Shown here one piece after another: positions 27,293 through 36,208 of a DNA stretch of 64,000 nucleotides; position 1 is the first letter of the stretch; every line of letters starts with the position of its first letter. This stretch comes from an uncultured virus (IMG/VR IMGVR_UViG_3300043029_000019). Its lineage: Duplodnaviria > Heunggongvirae > Uroviricota > Caudoviricetes. The notes under the pieces are model-generated. The model saw only the letters and a program-made list of their open reading frames with translations. It was not told the DNA's origin and made no database searches. Position numbers and translations under genes: made by a program. Where the stretch lies: the IMG/VR virus record IMGVR_UViG_3300043029_000019. One strand, written 5' to 3'.

Positions 27293-27538
27293 CTAAAAAT
27301 TGTCTTCCCGTCTCAGTGTGTCAGCCATTGCGTGATACGGTGCGAGGTCGTCAAAGTCGTCGGTGTCGAAATCGCTCCACTCGCACTTGGCGTCGTCCCA
27401 ACTTGACGCAGGGCCGAGACACAGCCGTGCTAATTGTCGTTTCAATAAGAGGCAGCGGTCCCTATCCTCTCGGTTGTTGCTCCAGGCAATGCGCTGGATC
27501 TCCGATTTGAGGATGGTGGTACGCTGCTCTTTGCCCAT
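27293..27538 (-). CDS. Hypothetical protein, first gene of the late transcript
   Basis: GGAGG RBS; 81 aa. Confidence 0.6.
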   Translation of the reverse strand: MGKEQRTTILKSEIQRIAWSNNREDRDRCLLLKRQLARLCLGPASSWDDAKCEWSDFDTDDFDDLAPYHAMADTLRREDNF

Positions 27539-27548
27539 GCGTCCTCCA

Positions 27549-27795
27549 TTGACTACTCCCCACGCCTGAAGGCGGGGGATTCCTAATTCGCTGAGGATTG
27601 CGTTCCGTACTGGCTACGTCTTAAATCCTCTCCAAAGGCTTAAAATTCCGCATGCCCTGCGGTATTTAGTTCTTTTGTCAACGATCTTGGTTTTCGATCA
27701 TTGGTAATATTATACTACATTTCACTGAGATGACAAGAGAAAAACCGCATCCTTATATCCACACGGATAAATCCGGTGGTCTTACGGATGCATCG
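27549..27795 (-). mobile_element. Non-coding IS605-family mini-element (left end, promoter, omegaRNA scaffold, right end), TAM TTTAT
   Basis: Left end CGATGCATCCGTAAGACC...GATATAAGG resembles the 12639 end; right end GGAATCCCCCGCCTTCAGGCGTGGGGAGTAGTCAA; internal TTGTCA-N16-TATAAT. Confidence 0.85.
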
Positions 27796-27797
27796 AT

Positions 27798-27825
27798 AAA
27801 AAAGGCCCCCAGGCTCGGGGGCCTT
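27798..27825 (-). terminator. tR'-like late terminator
   Basis: AAGGCCCCC-GAGCCT-GGGGGCCTT followed by a T tract, about 30 nt after the late promoter. Confidence 0.75.
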
Positions 27826-27857
27826 GCTTTTTGGGAACTTTGCGATCCTACTTTTCA

Positions 27858-27887
27858 AGTATAGCGAATAGGGGTAGCGAATGTCAA
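27858..27887 (-). promoter_or_regulatory. pR'-like late promoter
   Basis: TTGACA-N18-TATACT; direct repeat ATTCGCTA x2 across the spacer. Confidence 0.7.
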
Positions 27888-27927
27888 TAAAAAATTTACA
27901 CTACCCCATTTTTAGCATACTGTTTTT

Positions 27928-28476
27928 TTAAAAATTGGCAACTTTTCTTTTTGGCCAGATCCCGCGCTTCTTCGCTCGCTTCCAAAACGACCGGCAATAA
28001 CTCCCAGCTGCGAGGCTGAGACTCTTTGACCATTGCCACTCATTGTATTTCGGTTTCAACCCGTATTCTCTCAACGCCTTGCAAACTTCGGGGTACTGGT
28101 CAAGCATGTACGGGGTGCAATATTGCGCAACGACAATCAGCGCCCCTCGCTCTGTGCCCGGCAGACACGACATAAGGTCAATCGCGTATTCCAGCCGGTA
28201 ATCGGTCTTTCTCTCGCTCTGCACCATGTAACACGGCCCTTTTTCTACACCGCCGTTGGCAACATGGCTTTCAACTTCGCTGAACTTTCTCGTTATACCG
28301 CCTAGTGTTGGGTGCTGCGCCAGGTCGATAAGTTGGAATGCGTCCTGAAATGCTCGCTCCCGTTCGTCCATGTGCTCCCCTTTAGCTAAGGTAACGTAAT
28401 CCACAAAGCCTCGCCTCCTGGCGTCGGGAATGTCGCGCCAGTGCACCACTTCCAGCCTCCCTCCGTTTTTATCCAA
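27928..28476 (-). CDS. Putative late-gene regulator (Q position)
   Basis: Last early gene before a promoter-terminator pair; no family motif recognised. Confidence 0.5.
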   Translation of the reverse strand: MDKNGGRLEVVHWRDIPDARRRGFVDYVTLAKGEHMDERERAFQDAFQLIDLAQHPTLGGITRKFSEVESHVANGGVEKGPCYMVQSERKTDYRLEYAIDLMSCLPGTERGALIVVAQYCTPYMLDQYPEVCKALREYGLKPKYNEWQWSKSLSLAAGSYCRSFWKRAKKRGIWPKRKVANF

Positions 28477-28552
28477 TGCCCTCCGTTAATTGCGTGCGCT
28501 TTTGTACCGATAGGGTAATCGCGCCACGGCCTGTCCACCCGTTCCATGCTCA

Positions 28553-28750
28553 TCATCCCTCCTTGAGGTAGTCAGTTAATCTCTCGCCCCTGCCCCACAT
28601 CTCCCGCAGCACCGCCAAGTCCTCGGCCATCCATGACGTTCTCGACGTTGCCTGCCCGTTGTGTATCAGCCATGTGGATTGAGGTATTTTCGCGCCGTTG
28701 CAGCGAGGGCAGTAGCAATCTACGAGGTAGTCTTGTTTAGGCCCGGCCAT
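28553..28750 (-). CDS. Hypothetical protein (CPRC)
   Basis: Start trimmed to MAGPKQ; overlaps the upstream gene. Confidence 0.5.
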   Translation of the reverse strand: MAGPKQDYLVDCYCPRCNGAKIPQSTWLIHNGQATSRTSWMAEDLAVLREMWGRGERLTDYLKEG

Positions 28751-29075
28751 TCCTAGCCTCCTTACCGTCATGCTCGATGCACAGCAGGAGTTTATCCAGG
28801 CTGTCCACATCAAGACGGTCCTCGCCTAAAATAGCGGCCATCGGAGATGATCCCATACCGCACTCCCAGCAATACCAATCTAGCCATCCGTTATTGTCAT
28901 CAACCAGGGCAGCGACGCTATTTGTGTAACGCTCGAACATCCCCCAAACTGGCTTAAACAAGGGTGCCTCTGGCCCCGCCCCTGTGAGTTGGCAAAAAGC
29001 ATCATAGTTTTTTTGCAACGCCCTGTACGCTGCCTCCCATCGTTTTAGTTGTACTATTTTTTGTTCAGTTGTCAT
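28737..29075 (-). CDS. Hypothetical phage protein
   Basis: 112 aa, coupled to dnaB; WLDWYCWEC. Confidence 0.7.
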   Translation of the reverse strand: MTTEQKIVQLKRWEAAYRALQKNYDAFCQLTGAGPEAPLFKPVWGMFERYTNSVAALVDDNNGWLDWYCWECGMGSSPMAAILGEDRLDVDSLDKLLLCIEHDGKEARNGRA

Positions 29076-30355
29076 CTCGCCTCCCTGAATGTCGTATGTT
29101 CCCCGATATATTCACAATTCACAGTCCCAACCGGGCCACCTCTGTGCTTGCCGATAATAATCTGCGCCTTGCGTCTGTGGTTTTTCTCGCACTCTGCAAC
29201 GCCCTTGCAATCACAATAAATGGCCTCCCGATAGCAAAACATAATCACGTCGGCGTCCTGCTCTAATGCCCCCGACTCTCTCAGATCAGCCATTTTCGGG
29301 CGTTTGTCGTCGCGGTTTTCCAAACCCCTGTTAAGCTGGCAAAGGGCGATGACAGGCGCTTCGATTTCCTTGCTCAACAGCTTTAATTGACGGCTTGCGT
29401 CCGTAACAATGTCATACCGCGTCCCGGTCCCGTCGATCAGTTGCAGGTAGTCTACGATAACGGCCCCTATCCCATGCTTGCGTTTTATCTGCTTGGCGCG
29501 TGAGCGGATTTCTGAGGCCGTCAATACCGGCGTATCGTCTATCCACAGTTGACTTTTGTGCAATCTGTCTGCCGCATCGTTGAGCTTTGAAAAGTCGGCA
29601 CCTTCAAGCATCCCAAACCGCATTTTCCCGTTGTCAATTTTACCCTCGGAGGATAAGGCGCGTTCGCCTAATTCCGCTTCGTCCATTTCCATGCTAAACA
29701 GGAGTGTAGGCTTTCCGCTTTTTCCTACATGCCGCGCTATGTCCATCGCCAGCGCCGTTTTCCCCATCCCTGGACGCCCGGCAACAATGTAAAACTTGCT
29801 AGGCTGGATTCCACCAAGCATTCGGTCAAGCGGTGTTAAGCCCGTCGGCGCTCCTGGTATTTGCCCCTTATGTTCCCTTCGCGCCTCAAGCACATTCAGA
29901 GCTTTTAAAAGGGCCTCGCTTATTTTTTTCGGGCCCCCTTCGGATTTTCCGCGAATGCCGTCTATCGTCGCTTCGATCTTTTCCAGAATTTCGGCAACTG
30001 GCATCTTATCCGCGTTTTGCTGTATAGCTTCGGCAATACCGCGAATCTTTCGACGCTGGCTTTTCTCCCGAACCTGCTTGACGTAATAGCCGACATTGAC
30101 GGCGGTCGGGGAAAACTCCATAAGCTCGTTTAGATACGTGACACCGCCGACCTCTTGTAGTTTTTTTATACGCACAAGTTCGTTTGTAAGGGCGACAAGC
30201 TCCGGCTTAATCCCTTGGCAATGGAGGTCAAGCATAACGCGGTAAATCTCGCGGTGTGCTCCGGTAAAATCGTCGGCGGCTAGATTGATACGGTCAAGAG
30301 CTTCGTCGGGATCAAGGCAGATCGCGCCGAGTATGGCTTTTTCGTTATCCAGCAT
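29072..30355 (-). CDS. dnaB: Replicative DNA helicase
   Basis: AGRPGMGKT, IVDYLQL, QLNR...DLRESGALEQDAD, KHRGG. Confidence 0.96.
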   Translation of the reverse strand: MLDNEKAILGAICLDPDEALDRINLAADDFTGAHREIYRVMLDLHCQGIKPELVALTNELVRIKKLQEVGGVTYLNELMEFSPTAVNVGYYVKQVREKSQRRKIRGIAEAIQQNADKMPVAEILEKIEATIDGIRGKSEGGPKKISEALLKALNVLEARREHKGQIPGAPTGLTPLDRMLGGIQPSKFYIVAGRPGMGKTALAMDIARHVGKSGKPTLLFSMEMDEAELGERALSSEGKIDNGKMRFGMLEGADFSKLNDAADRLHKSQLWIDDTPVLTASEIRSRAKQIKRKHGIGAVIVDYLQLIDGTGTRYDIVTDASRQLKLLSKEIEAPVIALCQLNRGLENRDDKRPKMADLRESGALEQDADVIMFCYREAIYCDCKGVAECEKNHRRKAQIIIGKHRGGPVGTVNCEYIGEHTTFREAR

Positions 30356-31226
30356 TGGCCGCGCCCTCCCTCGCAAGCCGTTCAAGCTCTAAGACGTGTG
30401 GCGGTTTCCATCCGTCTAGTTGGCTTTTAGGTGTCTCATACAGCCCACCTTCCGGTTGTTTTTTCTTACCCTTGCCTTCGAGAACGGCCAACACATATTT
30501 CAGGTTGGCCCCCGCATTCCCTGCTTCGGAGAATGCGTATTCGATTCTGTCTTGCGGATACTTGTTCTTAATCTCCACAAGCGTTTTTGCTTCGTAGGAG
30601 TTTGGCTGCTTTCCCTTGAGCGCAAAAAAGAGGGCGTTGACGTTTGTATTCTGCCCGGTATGCGGTATGATTTTCTGTTGTGGTTGATTTGTTTCCTCTA
30701 CTTTCCTTTCCTTTCCTTTCCTTTGTGGTTCCGCCGCCCCCTTTTTTGCTGTTTCGGATTCCGTTGACACACTTTCGGATTCCTTAAGGCCACTTCCGGA
30801 TTCCTTAAGTTTTTCTATTGTTATTGTCGCTCTTGATGACGCGGGTAATTTTGGGTTTATCAATAAATATTCTTCTTGGAAAACAATCTCGCTGCGCTTC
30901 AAGCACGCTTCAAGATACCGTTTTTGAATCCCGTGCGATGTCAACACGACATGGGCGTCAAATATGTCTTTATCAAAAATTCCCTTATTCATAGAAAAGG
31001 AAACCATTTCCTCTGTTTCGGATTCCGAAAGCCCATTTTCGGAAGAAAAAAGCAATTGCTCATCTTCTCCCCATTTTGCGAAATACCCTTCTGCATAAAT
31101 CGCCTGCCATATTGACAATAAAAACCCTATACCTTTTAGCCCATATTTTGCTTTAAGGATTTTTACAGATTGATCCCACGAGACATCTACCGGAAAGTAA
31201 TCCAACCCTATTTTTCTTCGTGCCAA
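30345..31226 (-). CDS. Phage replication initiator (DUF4373-like N-terminus)
   Basis: GLDYFPVDV...KYGLKG...LTSHGIQKRY; internal iterons; TTG start after GGAGG. Confidence 0.8.
   Translation of the reverse strand: MARRKIGLDYFPVDVSWDQSVKILKAKYGLKGIGFLLSIWQAIYAEGYFAKWGEDEQLLFSSENGLSESETEEMVSFSMNKGIFDKDIFDAHVVLTSHGIQKRYLEACLKRSEIVFQEEYLLINPKLPASSRATITIEKLKESGSGLKESESVSTESETAKKGAAEPQRKGKERKVEETNQPQQKIIPHTGQNTNVNALFFALKGKQPNSYEAKTLVEIKNKYPQDRIEYAFSEAGNAGANLKYVLAVLEGKGKKKQPEGGLYETPKSQLDGWKPPHVLELERLAREGAANAG
30752..30809. repeat. Iteron-like repeats, probable replication origin
   Basis: TT(T/C)CGGATTCC at 30752, 30773 and 30794 (21-bp period); another copy near 31016. Confidence 0.7.
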
Positions 31227-31242
31227 ATTTCCCTCCAGAACG

Positions 31243-31402
31243 TAAAAAAGCCCACCGCAATGGCCATTGTCACGACTGTCGAGGAAGTGGCAACGGTTTA
31301 AACCATCACGGCGGGCTACTATGATGCTCGGAAAACAAACCCCCGGCACTCTTAACCTGCTATGTAGGTGACAATTAAAAACCGCTGCTACACTTCCTCG
31401 AC
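31243..31402 (-). promoter_or_regulatory. Attenuator-like leader of the replication gene
   Basis: Long hairpin 31249-31317 plus T tract; its 12-nt loop segment (31278-31289) is complementary to 31391-31402. Confidence 0.55.
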
Positions 31403-31420
31403 GCTTCCAATTTACTCCTT

Positions 31421-31768
31421 TTACCCCGCTTTATCAAGATGCTGCTTACGCTTGCCGTCTCCAGCCCACACCTGGAATTCTTTGCACTCGCGGCATGTAG
31501 ACATGCAGAACGCAAACAGTTTAGCGTGGCATCTATGACACGGCGGAAGGTCGTCGTGCCACTTGTAAACCCTCGCCATATTGCGGTGGATAATCCTGTC
31601 TTCCTCGGCCCATAACCCTTTGATGATCGCCGCCTTTTGTTCGGAGCAGGAAAACCCTTCGTGGCGCATAAGGTCGGCCATCTCTCCGGGGCCTGCGGGG
31701 TCTATCGCGCCGCTTAACACTCGTTTTATCATGCGGTAGTGGTGCTTGCGCTGGTTGTCCGATGCCAT
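31421..31768 (-). CDS. Hypothetical protein with C-terminal Cys cluster
   Basis: AGGAGG RBS before MASDNQ. Confidence 0.65.
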   Translation of the reverse strand: MASDNQRKHHYRMIKRVLSGAIDPAGPGEMADLMRHEGFSCSEQKAAIIKGLWAEEDRIIHRNMARVYKWHDDLPPCHRCHAKLFAFCMSTCRECKEFQVWAGDGKRKQHLDKAG

Positions 31769-31778
31769 GTGCCCCTCC

Positions 31779-34025
31779 TTATGCAATAAATGACATTTGC
31801 TCTGCGGTGTCGGCGTCGGCTTCTTTGAGATTCTTGACTGCCTGCCGCCAGTAACTTTCTTTAAGCTCGGCTCCGACAAACCTCCTACCCATTTTCAAGG
31901 ACTGATAGCCCTCAGATCCGATGCCGGTAAACGGGGAGAAAACCAAGTCGCCCGGGTTGGTCCACAATTGCAGTGCCCTCTCGATCACGTCCAGTTGCAG
32001 CGGGCATATATGCCGTTCGTCCTTGTCTTCTCTGGCGCTGCGTCTCTGCAGAGTGTTCGACGGGTTAATATCCATCCAGACCGGCGAGGCATACCGCTGC
32101 CACACGTCTATACTCAGGTTTTTGGTTTGCTGAAATGTCGATTGATCCCCGGCAAAGTGGGTCAATTCTCCCGTAACAGGCTCTGGATTTTCCCCTGGCT
32201 TCCTCATTACGACTAAATAATCCGGGACGCCTTGGCGACTCATGCAACTATCTTTTTTAAGTTGTTTGTGGAGTAATCCAAGTGCCTTTGTGCGTTGCAT
32301 GGCCGTTACCGGGTCCTTCCAAATAACCACTTCGCTGTGATAAATCCACCCGGCGTCCTGAAATGTTTTAATCAGCTGGCCGCGAAAATCCTTTATGCCG
32401 ATCACCCCGTCACGCGCCTTGGACGTCGGCAGATTCATACAGTGAAAGGCGCACAGTCTGCCGGGCTTGGTGATACGTAACAGTTCCGGCACTAGAAAAC
32501 AGAAGTGGTCGGCAAACTCTTGGTCATTCTTGCAATTCCCCATGTCCCTGTCGCTTGCCGAGTAGGTGTAGAGCGAGGAAAACGGCGGCGAAAAGATGGA
32601 AAAATCAATACTGTCGTCGTTAATCTCGCGGGCCACGTCCACGCAGTCCCCAAGAAATACTTTCCAGTTTTCTGACTCAGCCACGTCGCGGACATAATCG
32701 ACCTTTTGACGGACGGTGCCGTGGATATCATTGCCGTTCAAATCGGCCATGTGTTTAACCATTTCCGAAGCCATCAACTCCGTGTCAGCCTCTTTGCGTT
32801 CAATGTTTTTCACAACCGCCCCTTCCGTTTCTGCGGTCACGACATGGACTGTGACCTTGTTTTTCTGCCCGAACCGCCAGCACCTTCTAACAGCTTGATA
32901 AAACTGCTCATAAGAGTCCGACAAGCCTAGGAATATCATGGTGTTACAGTGCTGCCAGTTCATACCGAACCCGGCGATACTTGGTTTGCTGACCAAAACC
33001 CGGAACCTGCCGTCAGGAAAGCCAAGTAAAGACTGCTCCTTATGTTCCGGTTTGTCGGCCCCTTTAACCTCCACAGCACCGTCAATCAGGCTTTTTGCTG
33101 CGGCTGATTCGTCATTAAGGTTGCACCACACCAAGCAGGGCCCGTCCGTTTCGTTGGCGATTTGTGCGGCGAGTTTGGCGCGGTCGTCAATCGTCGCTTT
33201 GCGTTCCTGCTGCCGTTCTTGCAACGTCAAGGCTTCGACCGGGAACAGAAAGCCATCCGGAGCCTCATCCTTTTTGACGACGTGGTGCACAATTTCCATG
33301 TCCGGCAGCACAAACCCGCCATCGTCATAGCCCAGATCGGACGGCTTTCGGACCATCACCGCCCAGGAAGAAACCCATCGCCAGAAGTCGTCTGAAGCAT
33401 GGCCCTTGAGTCGCCATTTTTGCGTTTCCCCACCGTCATGGACAAAAAACATGGAGAGCATTTCAGTGCGGCTCATAGCCCCTAAGAACTCCGCATGGTT
33501 GCCTAATTCCATGTGGTCATTCGGTGCAGGGGTCGCTGTGCAAGCCAGACGGAAACTCGTGTTCCTGAACGACTCGATAATTTGGTTGCGGACTTTCCCC
33601 GTATAACTTTTAAGAATTGACGATTCATCCAGCACCACCCCGACAAACTCGCTCGGATCGAACTTGCTCAACATTTCATAGTTGGTTATAGTGACCCCCT
33701 GCCCAACCTGTTCTTGACTGCGGCAGTAACGCACCTCCACGCCAAACTTCTCACCTTCCCGGGCGGTTTGGCTGGATACGGCCAGAGGGGCCAGTATTAG
33801 TACATTGCCCCCCGTTTCTTGATGGATGACGCGGGACCATTCAAGCTGCATGGCGGTCTTGCCCATGCCGCAATCGGCAAACAAGGCTGCTCGGCCTCGT
33901 TTCAGGGCCCAACTCACAATGTCCTGCTGGAAGTCGAAAAGCATATCATTTAGCGGTGGCAGGCTAGATAGACCTGTTGGCCGATCAACAACGGACTTTT
34001 TGTGTAGGAAATTTTGATAGTTCAC
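31779..34025 (-). CDS. SF2 helicase fused to N4/N6 DNA methyltransferase
   Basis: ADCGMGKT, LDESS, TATP, QAVRRCWRFGQ, then SPPF and FSPFTGIGS; GTG start. Confidence 0.9.
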   Translation of the reverse strand: MNYQNFLHKKSVVDRPTGLSSLPPLNDMLFDFQQDIVSWALKRGRAALFADCGMGKTAMQLEWSRVIHQETGGNVLILAPLAVSSQTAREGEKFGVEVRYCRSQEQVGQGVTITNYEMLSKFDPSEFVGVVLDESSILKSYTGKVRNQIIESFRNTSFRLACTATPAPNDHMELGNHAEFLGAMSRTEMLSMFFVHDGGETQKWRLKGHASDDFWRWVSSWAVMVRKPSDLGYDDGGFVLPDMEIVHHVVKKDEAPDGFLFPVEALTLQERQQERKATIDDRAKLAAQIANETDGPCLVWCNLNDESAAAKSLIDGAVEVKGADKPEHKEQSLLGFPDGRFRVLVSKPSIAGFGMNWQHCNTMIFLGLSDSYEQFYQAVRRCWRFGQKNKVTVHVVTAETEGAVVKNIERKEADTELMASEMVKHMADLNGNDIHGTVRQKVDYVRDVAESENWKVFLGDCVDVAREINDDSIDFSIFSPPFSSLYTYSASDRDMGNCKNDQEFADHFCFLVPELLRITKPGRLCAFHCMNLPTSKARDGVIGIKDFRGQLIKTFQDAGWIYHSEVVIWKDPVTAMQRTKALGLLHKQLKKDSCMSRQGVPDYLVVMRKPGENPEPVTGELTHFAGDQSTFQQTKNLSIDVWQRYASPVWMDINPSNTLQRRSAREDKDERHICPLQLDVIERALQLWTNPGDLVFSPFTGIGSEGYQSLKMGRRFVGAELKESYWRQAVKNLKEADADTAEQMSFIA

Positions 34026-34041
34026 TTCTCCACCTCCTATC

Positions 34042-34503
34042 TCAAAACGGGATAGAGTCGGAATCATCAAACGGCGGCTCCTGATACCCACCGCCTGTTC
34101 CGCTTCCGTATTCGCTGCGTGAGGCACTTTCTTGTCGCTGCCCTTGCCATTGGTTGCGCTGGCCGTTGTCGTCGCTTGCGCGGCCTAGCATCTGCATTTG
34201 GTCGGCTACTATCTCGGTGGTGTAGCGCTTGTTACCGTCACGGTCTTCATAGCTGCGAGTTTGGATTTTGCCCTCGATATACACTTGGCGGCCCTTGCTC
34301 AGATACTTGCCGCAGATTTCTGCGATTTGCCGCCACGCGACGATGTTGTGCCACTCGGTTTTCTCCTGGCTGTTGCCGTCACGGTCTTTGTAGCGCTCCG
34401 TGGTAGCAAGCGAGAAATTGCAAACCGCTGTCCCTGATGCGGTGTAGCGAAGTTCGGGGTCTTTGCCTAAATTGCCAACGAGGATACATTTGTTTACCGC
34501 CAT
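34042..34503 (-). CDS. ssb: Single-stranded DNA-binding protein
   Basis: [18 protein letters not shown]...TEWH...DSIPF. Confidence 0.97.
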   Translation of the reverse strand: MAVNKCILVGNLGKDPELRYTASGTAVCNFSLATTERYKDRDGNSQEKTEWHNIVAWRQIAEICGKYLSKGRQVYIEGKIQTRSYEDRDGNKRYTTEIVADQMQMLGRASDDNGQRNQWQGQRQESASRSEYGSGTGGGYQEPPFDDSDSIPF

Positions 34504-34538
34504 GTTATGTCTCCAAAGTTAAAGTAAATTGTTAGATG

Positions 34539-34946
34539 TTATGCAGCTTCGATAATGATTTCAGTTCGCGGCCTGTCACCGTAAATCTTCCGCGCTTCCA
34601 ACTCGAACACCTGGGAATCATCGCGCCAAGCCACCCCGTTAAGACAGTCCTTGGCAAACTTCACAAGATTGTCCAAGTCCGGCTTTTTCGTATGCTGTTG
34701 CGGGGCAGAAGGTTTCAGTTTTGCCGCATTCTTGCCCGTTCCAAAGTGGCCTTTAGGTCGCGGCATGGCAAATAGCATTTTCACTTTCAGCGGCCCTTGA
34801 AAAAGGTCTTTAACTTGCCCCTTTGCGAGCAACAACCATTTGCCTTCCTCGGTTTCCTGATCGTTGTATGTCTGCACAAATTGACCTCTCCGTGCAAAAC
34901 GAGGCCTTTTCTTCGCTATAGGTGCGCCTTCAATAACAATGTTCAT
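34539..34946 (-). CDS. rusA: Holliday junction resolvase
   Basis: KPDLDNLVKFAKDCLNGVAWRDDSQV. Confidence 0.92.
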   Translation of the reverse strand: MNIVIEGAPIAKKRPRFARRGQFVQTYNDQETEEGKWLLLAKGQVKDLFQGPLKVKMLFAMPRPKGHFGTGKNAAKLKPSAPQQHTKKPDLDNLVKFAKDCLNGVAWRDDSQVFELEARKIYGDRPRTEIIIEAA

Positions 34947-35119
34947 GCCGCCTCCTTAAACACTTCCTTGACTCGCTGCCACATGCGCTTGTATTTTCCA
35001 AGGCGCGTTTGTAGCTCCCCGATAATTTGCCGACACCGCGCAAGCTCAGCGTCTTTCGCGTCGATCATCATGCGCTGCTCGGATACCGCTATTTCCAGGG
35101 CCGTGCATCTGTCACACAT
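34943..35119 (-). CDS. 58-aa coiled-coil protein
   Basis: Hand-translated MCDRCTALEIAV...FKEAA; AAGGAG RBS; ATGA overlap with rusA. Confidence 0.65.
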   Translation of the reverse strand: MCDRCTALEIAVSEQRMMIDAKDAELARCRQIIGELQTRLGKYKRMWQRVKEVFKEAA

Positions 35120-35155
35120 ATGCGCTCCTTTAATTAATTTTCCATGTTTGACGGT

Positions 35156-35203
35156 CTAATATCTGGATACGTGGAAAATTTTCCACCTATCACTCTGTTG
35201 TAT
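35156..35203 (+). other. Array entry site (degenerate attC or attI equivalent)
   Basis: CTAAT...GATACGTGGAAAATTTTCCACCTATC-ACTCT-G|TTGTAT. Confidence 0.55.
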
Positions 35204-35206
35204 TGC

Positions 35207-35428
35207 TTAGTCGATCTCGGTGATAGTTATTTCCACTCTCCGGCCATGCACTGATTCTGTCGTGTATCCGCAGGCGTTTATTAGTTCGCCAATGGTCATC
35301 ACATCAAAATCGCTACTTACAAAGCATGTCCTTACGCCGCTACTTGTTTGAAGAGGGTTAAAGTGTCCTTCAATCTCTGATTGGAGCTTCTCTTGGCAGT
35401 CAGAAATATAAACGGTTTCTTCCACCAT
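35207..35428 (-). CDS. Cassette 1 ORF, 73 aa hypothetical
   Basis: AAGGAGG RBS; fills the cassette. Confidence 0.8.
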   Translation of the reverse strand: MVEETVYISDCQEKLQSEIEGHFNPLQTSSGVRTCFVSSDFDVMTIGELINACGYTTESVHGRRVEITITEID

Positions 35429-35452
35429 TTCCTCCTTTTATGACCCAGCGCA

Positions 35453-35541
35453 ATACAACCAGCACCTAAAGCGGATGGAATACGCTGGCTGCTAAATTCT
35501 CAAACGGTCACCCGCCACCGCTTAGGCTTATTCCGTTAGAG
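35453..35541 (+). repeat. attC site 1
   Basis: ATACAAC..CTAAAGCGG...CCGCTTAG..GTTAGAG. Confidence 0.85.
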
Positions 35542-35835
35542 CCCTAGCTTCCGGATGTTTTGGAGCACTATCCGTAGGGTCGATTTTACCGGCTTGTCCT
35601 TAAATGTGGTGATAGGCCACCCGCGCTTATCCTTCTTCCACCAGGGCAGCATTTGGCGTTTGGTGCGCTCCAGTTCTTTTTGCACTGTCAGGCGCGGGGC
35701 CGTCACAGCCTCCTTCAACTCCATAGCTTGCCGATGAGTTACGTTAATTTTGTAAAATGATAGCCAAGCATCTACAGCGGTTTGCTCTGGCCATGTGCTG
35801 CCGCAACATTGCTGTGTATCCATATTTTCCTCCAT
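35536..35835 (-). CDS. Cassette 2 ORF, hypothetical
   Basis: Stop codon is the TTA of the R' box; probable start MDTQQ at 35823 after GGAGG. Confidence 0.75.
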   Translation of the reverse strand: MEENMDTQQCCGSTWPEQTAVDAWLSFYKINVTHRQAMELKEAVTAPRLTVQKELERTKRQMLPWWKKDKRGWPITTFKDKPVKSTLRIVLQNIRKLGL

Positions 35836-35836
35836 G

Positions 35837-35908
35837 CTCTAACAAACGCATCGACCCTCGCCTTCTGCTGGACTCGCTACGCTCGCCGGTCATGCTTGAT
35901 CGTTATGT
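35837..35908 (+). repeat. attC site 2
   Basis: CTCTAAC..ATCGACC...GGTCAT..GTTATGT. Confidence 0.8.
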
Positions 35909-35909
35909 G

Positions 35910-36083
35910 TCATACCTTTCGGACATACTCGCCACTCGGAAGTTGTATATAACCGCCAACAGGCGCTTTCTCGTAGGCTTCGCACGTCCTGCATATGTTT
36001 GCAGGCTGCGAATAATGGATGTTTGGGTTACTGTCATCCTCGCAAAACTCGCGACCGCACTTTTTACAAACACATTTACGCAT
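35910..36083 (-). CDS. Cassette 3 ORF, 57-aa zinc finger
   Basis: MRKCVCKKCG...CRTC; AGGTGG RBS. Confidence 0.7.
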   Translation of the reverse strand: MRKCVCKKCGREFCEDDSNPNIHYSQPANICRTCEAYEKAPVGGYIQLPSGEYVRKV

Positions 36084-36105
36084 ATATTTGCCACCTAAAT
36101 TCTGC

Positions 36106-36208
36106 ACATAACCAGCCAGTCCAGCGGACGGAAGACCAGCGGCGGTTCTCGTTTAGGTCATCGCTGCGCCGTTATCGGCACACCGTCCGCTGACCATGTT
36201 CGTTATCT
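36106..36208 (+). repeat. attC site 3
   Basis: ACATAAC..TCCAGCGGACGG...CCGTCCGCTGA..GTTATCT. Confidence 0.9.
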
